DNA of 64,000 nt, taken from contig CAVYRF010000002.1 in the NCBI GenBank assembly GCA_963770895.1, forward strand, positions 3,392,001 through 3,456,000. The letters run 5' to 3'. The position numbers were made by a program, and so were the translations under genes. The stretch is from an uncultured Acidobacteriota bacterium. Its GTDB lineage: Bacteria > Acidobacteriota > Thermoanaerobaculia > Multivoradales > UBA5704. How positions within the stretch are numbered: the stretch's first letter is position 1; each line of letters opens with the position of its first letter. Shown piece by piece: positions 45,281 through 56,500 of the stretch. The notes beneath the pieces are model-generated. The model was given only the letters and a program-made list of their open reading frames with translations, was not told the DNA's origin and searched no databases.

Positions 45281-45308
45281 GACCGTCGGACGGTACCGTC
45301 CGACGGTC
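45281..45308. promoter_or_regulatory. Perfect 28-bp palindrome, candidate enhancer (UAS) for the adjacent sigma54 activator
   Basis: GACCGTCGGACGGTACCGTCCGACGGTC is its own reverse complement and consists of two tandem ACCGTC-N-GACGGT inverted repeats. Confidence 0.7.
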
Positions 45309-45368
45309 GAAAGCAGCGTAACGGTCGATCGCAGCGCGGCGAGAGAGTCCCTCCGCTCTGGCGCACCG

Positions 45369-45384
45369 TGGCACGCCTCTTGCC
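45369..45384 (+). promoter_or_regulatory. sigma54 (-24/-12) promoter for the thaumatin-like gene
   Basis: TGGCACGCCTCTTGCC matches the TGGCACG-N4-TTGC consensus. Confidence 0.8.
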
Positions 45385-45504
45385 CTGGGAGTCGCCGCCG
45401 GCAAGCAAGGCAGCACCCGATCGATCGCAGGCTCGCGTTCCATCCGCATGGCGCGGGCGGGGCGCGGGGAACCGCTACCTCAACCGACAAGGAGCTCGAA
45501 ACTC

Positions 45505-46800
45505 ATGATCCCTCAATGTCCACCGATTCCGCGCCCAAGCATCCGCCGGACCCAGTGCTCAGTTGGCAGCATGATCGTGATCACGCTGCTTTTGACTGCA
45601 GCGGCTCGGGCGCAGGCAAACCGCGTGTTGCGGTTCGACAACCAATGTTCGCAGGCGGTCTGGATCGGAGCGACCGGCGGATTCACGCAGCCCTGTGGCG
45701 CCGGCAACTCCTGCCCGAGCGGCCAGGCGTGTCTCACCACCCGCAGCACTCCCGGCTGTTTTTGGGTGCTGCCGTTGCCGGCGAGCGGCTCGCTGCTGCT
45801 CGCGGCCGGCACGAGCACCAAGGTGACTCTGGCGACGCCGCCACAAAGCAATGTCAAATGGAGCGGCAATATCTACGGCAGCACCGGCTGCAACAGCGGC
45901 GGTCAGAGCTGCCAGACCGGAGCTTGCGTGGGTGGCTCCTGCCCGGCCGGCACGGGACCGGTCGGACCGACCACGCTTGCCGAGCTCACGCTGCTGACCA
46001 ATGGACCGGACACCTACGACGTCTCGATGATCAACGGTGTCAATCTCCCCTTGTCGATCGCGCCCACCCCGGGACAGAAGTTTGGCACGCCGCCCGCGGG
46101 TGCGGCGGCCGACTATTTCTGCGGCGCTCCCGGCAAACCTCGGCCTCTCAACTCCGCTCTGCAGGGCTGTACCTGGCAGTTCAATCCGACGATCAAGCAA
46201 ATCGATCAGTCGCCGTTCCTGCGCATGGTCGGCCCCGGCGGCAACGCGTGCACGCAGGACAGCGATTGCACGTCGCCCCAGCTGTGCGGCCTGGCGATGA
46301 CGGTCGGTCTGACGACGGTGAGCCAGGTCTGCGGCACGCAGATCGGTTGGTGGACCGCCGACGAGGTGTGCACGTTTACCGGCTCCGCCTTCGGTGCGCC
46401 GTTCAACTGCTCCGCCGGTGTTTACGGTCAGGGGACCAACACCAACCTCTACCTCTGCAGCGGCGTCAACGCCAGCACCTGCTACGGCTCCAGCTCGACG
46501 GCGACCTGCTGCGGCTGCCCGCAGTGGACGTTCGATGGCAAGGCCCTGGCGGCGGCCATGAGCTGCGGCGCGAACAACCAGACGACCAATCCGTCATGGA
46601 ACCAGATCGCTCAGCCGTGGGCGCAGTTTGCCAAGCAGGCGTGCCCGACGGCATACAGCTTCCCGTTCGACGACGCCACCAGCACGTTTACCTGCGCCGG
46701 CAGCAACTCCGCTGCCAATGCCGTCGACTACACGATCACCTACTGCCCGGGAGGCAAGAGCGGAGTGCCGCCGCAAGTTGCGTCCAGTCCGCGGAAGTGA
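45505..46800 (+). CDS. Secreted Cys-rich thaumatin-like (PR-5 / beta-1,3-glucanase-like) protein
   Basis: NQCSQAVW, GPTTLAELTL, DTYDVSMINGVNLP, KQACPTAYSFPFDDATSTFTC and YTITYCP. Signal peptide ending AARAQA. Alternative start at 45571. Confidence 0.88.
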   Translation: MIPQCPPIPRPSIRRTQCSVGSMIVITLLLTAAARAQANRVLRFDNQCSQAVWIGATGGFTQPCGAGNSCPSGQACLTTRSTPGCFWVLPLPASGSLLLAAGTSTKVTLATPPQSNVKWSGNIYGSTGCNSGGQSCQTGACVGGSCPAGTGPVGPTTLAELTLLTNGPDTYDVSMINGVNLPLSIAPTPGQKFGTPPAGAAADYFCGAPGKPRPLNSALQGCTWQFNPTIKQIDQSPFLRMVGPGGNACTQDSDCTSPQLCGLAMTVGLTTVSQVCGTQIGWWTADEVCTFTGSAFGAPFNCSAGVYGQGTNTNLYLCSGVNASTCYGSSSTATCCGCPQWTFDGKALAAAMSCGANNQTTNPSWNQIAQPWAQFAKQACPTAYSFPFDDATSTFTCAGSNSAANAVDYTITYCPGGKSGVPPQVASSPRK

Positions 46801-46831
46801 TTGGGGACCTGCCTGAGGATCACCGGTCGAG

Positions 46832-46859
46832 CGGCGCGGGGGATCTCACCCCCGCGCCG
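46832..46859. terminator. Hairpin between the convergent thaumatin-like gene and katG
   Basis: CGGCGCGGGGG, loop ATCTCA, CCCCCGCGCCG (11-bp stem). Confidence 0.6.
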
Positions 46860-46891
46860 TCAGGCTTTCAGAATGCTGAAGCTGCCGCAGC

Positions 46892-49113
<2,222 letters not shown>

Positions 49114-49410
49114 GTATGTGCCTCTGAGATTGAGCAAGTTCCTCAGTCGCCTGCGCGGACACCTGGACGGCGTCGCGAATTCGACGGTTGCCAGGGAATC
49201 TATCAAACGCGCGTGGCCTGGCGCCCGGCGCCCGGACGCCGAGGCCAATTGTACCGGCGCCGCGGGTCCCGGCGGGCGGCTGCCGCACGGCTCCATCGGG
49301 CGGCGGGAACCGCCGGGACCCTGCGATATCATGCCTGGCGCTGACGAAGAACTGGACTCTGGCGGGCGCGGTGCTCCGGCGGATGGACCGGCACGGCGCA
49401 GGAGACGTTT

Positions 49411-52400
49411 GTGATCGAAGACCATGCCGCGGCGCACCAGCACGGAATCGACAGCCTGTTTCCGGGCGACGGTGAAATGGCCACCTTGATGCGGCAGCGG
49501 GACTGGTCGCGAAGCCCGCTCGGTCCGCCGGAACAGTGGCCGCAGACCCTGCGCGCCATCGTGCGCATCATGCTCACCTCGCGCTTTGCCATCTGGCTGG
49601 GGTGGGGGCGCGAGCTGACCTTCCTTTACAACGACGCCTACCGCGCCATGACGCTGGGGGCGAAGCACCCCGGGGTGCTCGGCCGGCCGACGCGCGAGGT
49701 GTGGGCGGAGATCTGGCCGCAGATCGGACCGCGGATCGAAAAGGTCCTGGCGACGGGCGACGCCACCTGGGACAGGGCGTTGATGCTGTTCCTCGAGCGC
49801 AGCGGCTACCCCGAGGAGACGTATCACACCTTCTCCTACAGCCCCATCCACGACGACCAGGGAATCATCCGCGGCAACCTCTGCATCGTCTCCGAGGAGA
49901 CCGAGCAGGTGATCGGCGAGCGCCGCCTGGCGTTGCTGCGCGAGCTTGCCGCCCAGCTCGCCTCGGTCAACACGACGGAGGACGTGCTCGCGGCGACCGA
50001 GCGCGCGCTCGGCACGGGCAATCGCGACGTGCCGTTTTTCCTGCTCTACCGGTTCGACGAAGAGTGCCGCCATGCACAGTTGGTATCGAGCAGCCCGATG
50101 CCAGGCGGGGCTGCGGGTCTGCATGCGACCCTCGACTGCGCGGCCGACTCACCCTGGCCGGTGGCGGCGCTGCTGGCTCGGCTGGAGCCGATCCTGGTGG
50201 AGACGCTCCCCGGCAGCGGCGAGTGGCCGCGAGGGCCGTGGGACCGCGCGCCCCAGAGCGCCGTCATGATGCCCGTCGCGCAGCAGGGGCAGGCGCGGCC
50301 GGCCGGTTTCCTCATCGCCGGCCTCAATCCGCACCGGCGCTTCGACGAGAACTACCAGAGCTTCGTCGGCCTCCTGGTCGGCCAGATCTCGGCCGGCCTC
50401 AGCGGCGCCTGGGCGTATGAGGCGGAGCGGCGGCGCGCCGAGGCCCTGGCCGAGTTGGATCGGGCCAAGACGGTCTTCTTTTCCAACGTCAGCCATGAGT
50501 TCCGCACGCCGCTGACGCTGATCCTGGGGTCGCTGGAGGACCTGCGCGACGGCGGCCAGCTGGCGGCGGAGGCCCACTACCCGCTCGCCATCGCGCAGCG
50601 CAACGGCCAGCGCCTGCTGCGGCTGGTCAACTCGCTGCTCGACTTCTCCCGCATCGAGGCTGGGCGGGTGCAGGCCAGCTACGAGCCGGTCGACCTGGCG
50701 GAGACCACGGCCGACCTGGTGAGCGTCTTCCGGTCGACGACCGAGCGCGCCGGCCTGCGGCTGGTGGTCGCCTGTCCGCCGGTCGGCGAGCCCGTCTACC
50801 TCGACCGCGGGATGTGGGAAAAGGTGGTGCTGAACCTCCTGTCCAACGCCTTCAAATTCACCCTCGAAGGGGAGATCGAGGTGCGCCTGGAGCGCCTCGC
50901 AGGGGCTGGGACCGTCCAGGTCGTGGTGCGCGACACCGGCATCGGAATACCGGAGCAGGAGCTGCCTCACCTGTTCGAGCGCTTCCGCCGGGTCGAGGGG
51001 GCCAAGGGGCGCACCCAGGAGGGGAGCGGCATCGGTCTCGCCCTGGTTCAGGAGCTGGTCAAGCTGCAGGGCGGCAGCGTGACGGTCGAAAGCGTTGTGG
51101 GGCGCGGGACCACGTTCACCGTGACGTTGCAGCTGGGCACGGACCATCTGCCCGCGGACCGCATCGCGCGGCGCGCCGCGGAGACGGTCGCAGCCGCCGG
51201 TGCGACGAGCGGCGGCGGCGCCTCCGCCGTGGTCGAAGAGGCGCTGCGCTGGCTCCCGCAAGAGGCCGAGTCCGCGCCGCTCCTGGCGCTGGACGACCGG
51301 ATGCCGATGGACGGCCCGGCGCGGCCGCGCGGCAGCGAGGTGATCCTGCTTGCCGACGACAATGCCGACATGCGCGCCTACATCCGCCGCCTGCTCGAGC
51401 CGCGCTGGCACGTCGAGACGGTGTCCAACGGCCAGCAGGCGCTGGCCGCGTCCCGCCTGCGGCGTCCCGACCTGGTGATCTCCGACGTCATGATGCCCGA
51501 GCTGGACGGCTTCGGGCTGCTGCAGGCGCTGCGCGCCAACCCCGCGACGCGCGATCTGCCGGTGATGCTGCTCTCCGCCCGCGCCGGTGAGGAAGCCAGG
51601 ATCGAAGGGATCGCGGCGGGCGCCGAGGACTACCTGGTCAAGCCGTTTTCGGCGCGCGAGCTGCTGGCGCGCATCGAGGCGCAGCTCCTGCGGACGCGGC
51701 TGCGCGCCCTGGAAGACGCCAGCGCCCGGCGGCTGGCCTCGGTCTTCGCGCAGGCCCCGGTGGCGATCGCGCTGCTGCGCGGCCCGGAGCACGTTTTCGA
51801 GGTGGCCAACCCCTTCTACCTGAAGCTGGTCAACGACCGGCCGCTGCTCGGCATGCGGCTGCGCGACGCGTTGCCGGAGGTGGTCGCCCAGGGCATCGTC
51901 GATCTGCTCGACGGGGTCTTTCGCAGCGGCCAGCCCCACCTGGGCAAGTCGCTGCCGGTGATGCTCAACCGCGGGCCGGAAGGCGCGCCCGAAGAGTGCT
52001 TTTTCGACTTCGTGTACCAGCCGTTGTTCGATGGGAGCGGCACGGTCGAGGGCATCGCGGTCGTCGCCTACGACGTGAGCGGCCTGGCGCGGGCGCGCCG
52101 CGAGGCCGAGGTGGCCAATCGCGCCAAGGACGAGTTCCTGGCCATGCTGGGACACGAGCTGCGCAACCCGCTGGCGCCGATCAGTACCGCGCTGCAGCTG
52201 CTCAAGATGCGCGGGGTGGAGGCGGCGGAGGTCGAGCGGCGGGTGATCGAGCGCCAGGTCAAGCACCTGGTGACCCTGGTCGACGATCTGCTCGACGTGT
52301 CGCGCCTGACTCGCGGCAAGCTGCAGCTCGAAGTCAGCCGGGTCGAGCTTTCCAGCGTCGTCGGCCAGGCGATCGAGACGGTGGCGCCGGCCCTCGAACA

Positions 52401-53241
52401 GCGCCGGCTCGCGCTGACGGTGGCGGTTCCGGCGACCGGCCTGGCGGTGGACGGCGACGAGCACCGGCTGGTCCAGGTGGTGGCCAATCTCCTGGGCAAC
52501 GCCGCCAAGTACACCGATCCAGGCGGCAGCATCACGATCACCGGCGCGCGCGAGCAGGGCGACGCGGTGCTGCGCATCCGCGACAACGGCATCGGGATCA
52601 CGCCGGAGATGTTGTCGCGCATCTTCGACCTCTTCGTGCAGACTCCGCAGGCGCTCGACCGCTCGCATGGTGGCCTCGGTCTCGGCCTCGCCCTTTCCCG
52701 CGGCCTGCTGGCGCTGCACCATGGCTCCATAGCAGCGCGCAGCGACGGCCCCGGTCGCGGCGCCGAGTTCACCGTGCGGCTGCCGCTGCCGACCACCCCC
52801 CAGGCGCGCCCCGCCGGCGGCGCCGCAGCGGCGGAGCCGGACCTGGCGGCCGCTCAAGGCCTGCGGATCCTGATCGTCGACGACAACCGCGACGCCGTCC
52901 AGATGCTCGCCAGCGCCCTGGCCATGCAAGGCCACAGCGTGCAGTGCGCCTACGACGGCCCCCAGGCCCTGGCGATGGCGGAGAAGCTGCCGCCGCAGGT
53001 GGCGATCCTGGACCTGGGCCTGCCCCTGATGGACGGCTTCGAGCTGGCAAGCCGCTTTGCCGCCGACCCCGCCCTGCGGCGCGCCAGGCTCATCGCCGTC
53101 ACCGGCTACGGCCAGAAGGACGACCGCCGCCGCACCACCGCAGCCTCCTTTGCCGCCCACTTCGTGAAGCCCGTCGACCTCGCCCAGCTGAGCGCCGCCA
53201 TCCACGATCTTGCCGCGCCCGACCGCAGCGCACAGCCCTGA
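49411..53241 (+). CDS. Hybrid sensor histidine kinase (PAS-GAF-HisKA-HATPase-REC-PAS-HisKA-HATPase-REC)
   Basis: [15 protein letters not shown]-terminus. Two H-boxes ([16 protein letters not shown]) with N/G boxes. Two receivers (SDVMMP, LDLGLP). GGAG RBS before GTG. Confidence 0.93.
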   Translation: MIEDHAAAHQHGIDSLFPGDGEMATLMRQRDWSRSPLGPPEQWPQTLRAIVRIMLTSRFAIWLGWGRELTFLYNDAYRAMTLGAKHPGVLGRPTREVWAEIWPQIGPRIEKVLATGDATWDRALMLFLERSGYPEETYHTFSYSPIHDDQGIIRGNLCIVSEETEQVIGERRLALLRELAAQLASVNTTEDVLAATERALGTGNRDVPFFLLYRFDEECRHAQLVSSSPMPGGAAGLHATLDCAADSPWPVAALLARLEPILVETLPGSGEWPRGPWDRAPQSAVMMPVAQQGQARPAGFLIAGLNPHRRFDENYQSFVGLLVGQISAGLSGAWAYEAERRRAEALAELDRAKTVFFSNVSHEFRTPLTLILGSLEDLRDGGQLAAEAHYPLAIAQRNGQRLLRLVNSLLDFSRIEAGRVQASYEPVDLAETTADLVSVFRSTTERAGLRLVVACPPVGEPVYLDRGMWEKVVLNLLSNAFKFTLEGEIEVRLERLAGAGTVQVVVRDTGIGIPEQELPHLFERFRRVEGAKGRTQEGSGIGLALVQELVKLQGGSVTVESVVGRGTTFTVTLQLGTDHLPADRIARRAAETVAAAGATSGGGASAVVEEALRWLPQEAESAPLLALDDRMPMDGPARPRGSEVILLADDNADMRAYIRRLLEPRWHVETVSNGQQALAASRLRRPDLVISDVMMPELDGFGLLQALRANPATRDLPVMLLSARAGEEARIEGIAAGAEDYLVKPFSARELLARIEAQLLRTRLRALEDASARRLASVFAQAPVAIALLRGPEHVFEVANPFYLKLVNDRPLLGMRLRDALPEVVAQGIVDLLDGVFRSGQPHLGKSLPVMLNRGPEGAPEECFFDFVYQPLFDGSGTVEGIAVVAYDVSGLARARREAEVANRAKDEFLAMLGHELRNPLAPISTALQLLKMRGVEAAEVERRVIERQVKHLVTLVDDLLDVSRLTRGKLQLEVSRVELSSVVGQAIETVAPALEQRRLALTVAVPATGLAVDGDEHRLVQVVANLLGNAAKYTDPGGSITITGAREQGDAVLRIRDNGIGITPEMLSRIFDLFVQTPQALDRSHGGLGLGLALSRGLLALHHGSIAARSDGPGRGAEFTVRLPLPTTPQARPAGGAAAAEPDLAAAQGLRILIVDDNRDAVQMLASALAMQGHSVQCAYDGPQALAMAEKLPPQVAILDLGLPLMDGFELASRFAADPALRRARLIAVTGYGQKDDRRRTTAASFAAHFVKPVDLAQLSAAIHDLAAPDRSAQP

Positions 53242-53508
53242 CCCGCGAGCGGCGATCGCCTGCCGCGACACCTTACGATCGTTTCGCAAGCCCGATCAGG
53301 TTGCAGAATCGGCCGGTTGCATCAGCCCAGCCGGCTGACGGCTGGTGGCTGAGGGCTGCCGAAGGGGGCGCTGCGCAGGCATTGCGGCACTGTATTTGAT
53401 CAAAGCCTCCCGCCGCCATCCCGCGGCGGTCGTCCGGAGCCGAGCAAGGGAGAAGCCAGAGAAACGCCGTCGAAAGGCTCAGGTCCCGGGGGGCGGCCCG
53501 CCGACCCT

Positions 53509-56500
53509 TCACCGAGCAGGTAGCGGCCACGCGCGGTGATCAATCACAAACGGGGTGAAGGCCAACTCCTTGCCGCAGTGCTGACAGTTGCCCCCATTCA
53601 AGTTCCTCCGGCTCCGCCGACCGCGACGGCCCGCTAGCGGCTTGAGCGGGCTACGTTCTCCGCACCAGGCGCACACAAAGGTAATCTCACGCGCCCAGCT
53701 CTCCTCGGGCCGAGGATGCCACAATCGTACTCCGGTTACGATCGGCACCCCGAGATCAACGTTCCTGAGGCGCACGACGTGCACCTCTCCTGTATCGGTG
53801 CCGATCGCGAATCGACCGCTCGGTCCGAGATCGAGCACCTTGTGAACAGGCGCCGACATCGCATGGACGCCAAGGCACTCGCCCTCCCGAACATCCCACA
53901 AGCGGGCCGTGGCGTCGCGGGATCCCGAAATGAGCCTGCGCCCGTCGCTCGAAGCGCTCAGGGAGCCGACCCGCGCCGTGTGCCCCAAAAGCTGTCTGCC
54001 CGCTTCGCCGCCGGCCGGTGGGAAGGGAAAGACCTGGATCAGGCCGGCGTCAGTGCCAACGGCGATCCAGCGGGCGTCGGGGGAGAAACAGAATGAGACG
54101 CCTGGAACATTTGCGATGGTCTCGCCAGTCATCACGTCCACGAGCACGCCAGCCAGGCCCGTCTGGCAGAGAAGCATCCGGCCGTCCGGCGAAAACTCGA
54201 GCTGTAACGATGTCTCGTTCAGCGTCAGCTTCGTGGTCCCATAAGCCAGGTCGTAAATGCAAACCCACTCGTCCTCGAGCGCCGCGGCCACGAACCGGGA
54301 ATCCGGCGTCACTGCGAGGGCCGTACACCCCTCTCCATCTTGGTTCCACTGCAGGACCGCGACAGGTTCCTTGATGCCGCGCCGCCACACGCAGACTGCG
54401 CTCTGGCTGAGGTCGTCGCCCGCCACAACGATCGCCGGGTCCGCCGTGTATAGCGCGCGACTTTCGTTTGCCCCAGCCTTTTTCTGGAACACCTCAACCA
54501 AACTACCGGTTGCAAGCTCCCAAATGCAGAGCTGATCGTCCTGGCTGGCCGAGATCGCGTGCAGGCTATCCGGAGAGATGCTCACCGACAGCACTTTGTC
54601 GTGATGACCCTTACGTGTGATCGGTAGGCGCTCGGGATCGAGCAGATCAAGGATTTGGATGGTCGAGTCTCCGTTGGCCGACACGAGCCAGCGCCGGTCC
54701 GGTGACACCGCGAGGTCGAAGACGTACCAGGTGTGACCCCGCGGTATGGCTCCGGCAGCGATCTGGTTCGCGTCCCACACCGCAAGCCGTCCGTTTGCAA
54801 GACCTGTGGCAGCGATGCGTCCGTCAGCTGACATGCCCACGGTGATAGCTTCAGGAACATACCACTCCGCGGTGCTGGACCGCGCAACGAGGTCCCAGGT
54901 CCGGACCGTGTCATCGTGGTGAACGGAGATCGAGCGGCGCCCGTCAGCAGTGATGTCGATCGCCTCGATCCAGGCGTTTCCACCACCACTCATGCTGGGA
55001 ACCGAATAAGTTTCGTAGTCGATCGTCTCCAGGAGCCCCGCAGCGACCTCGAGCACGTGAACCCCTCGCCAGCCGCCGATGACCGCCCTCCGCCCGCCAG
55101 GATCCATCGCTATGCTATGGGCGGGCAGCGCCAGCGACAGGTCATGGACCCGCTCCCCTGACGTCCCATCAAACACCCGTACGAAGTGCTTTTCTACGAG
55201 AAGGAACACAGTCGTGCCACCGGGAGCAGGGGAGATACAAGAGACCCAGTTGTCACCGAGGTCCGACTGCCTCTGCGTCCCCGCCAGGATGTCCGCAACA
55301 ATGACGTGATCGTGATTGCCGACGAACGCCAGTTCGCCGTGGCCGGCCGCGACTTCTCCCGTGACATGGCTGTCGCCGAAGTGCATCAGCTGGCGCACCT
55401 CCCCACGATCGATGCTCCATTCGTCGATGCGGTATTCGAGAGATTCCTCGGCAGCGGGACGATTGGAGGACAGCACGCAGATCGTCGGAGAAGTCCAAAG
55501 CAGGGCGTACACGAGTCCTTCGTAATGCTGATGCGCCGACTCCCGGCCAGCGCCCACCGCGTCGTAAACCACAAGAGAATCGCCGTGGTGCACCGCGACT
55601 CGCGATCCATCCGGCGAGAGCGCACTGGCGGTCAAAAATGGTCCTGAGAGACTCGCTTGCCATACAGAGGCAGCTGAGTCAAGATTGATAAGCTCGATGG
55701 ACGGCGGCTCCGCCCTTGCTACAACGACACGAGAACCCTGATCGTCAACGGTAGCATGATCGAACGTCTCTGCTAATCTGATGCCCCTGGGTGGGTCTCC
55801 GGCGAGGGGGCCGCTCAACCAGAACCAAGCGAGAGAGCGACTGCTGAGCGCGACCACCTTCCGATCGTCGGCGGTGAAAAGCACCTGGCGAATCTCTTCG
55901 GAGCCGCAGTCCACGGTCCTCATCAGGCTCCTGCTCCCTACGTCCCACAGGCAGACCTTCCCACAGAGGTGGCCGGAAAGAAGCTGCTCGCCGCTCGCCG
56001 AGACTGCGAGGCAGGTCGGCGTTGACGGCGGCCAGAGAAAGCCGATGGGACGGTGGCGCTCAAGGTCCCAATGACTGATCACGAGGTCGGTACCGCAGCA
56101 TACGATCCGGGAACCGTCGGCAGACATGCAAGCGTGAGATCCGCTGGGCCTGTGCGTCGCCGCAGGAAGCACGACGCGAGTCCGGCGCCGGGAAACATCC
56201 CATGACGTAACGGTCTCGTCGCCAACGCTCAGAGCGAAATCGCCACTGGGCGTGAGAGCGACGCATTGCACCCACCCCGTAGTTCCGAGGACCGTCTGAC
56301 CGCCGGTTTCGAGGTTGAGAAGACGCAGCTCGGAGCCGGCGCCAAAGATGGCCACGCGAGCGTCGCCGTTCATCGCCAGGCAGCCAATATGTTCCCCCAG
56401 CGACATCTCCCGCGTGCAGACGGCGCGTTCGAGATTCCACAGACGCACGAAGCCAGTCCGGTCCTCGCGACTGCCCATCAGCGCCTGCTTGCCATCCAAG

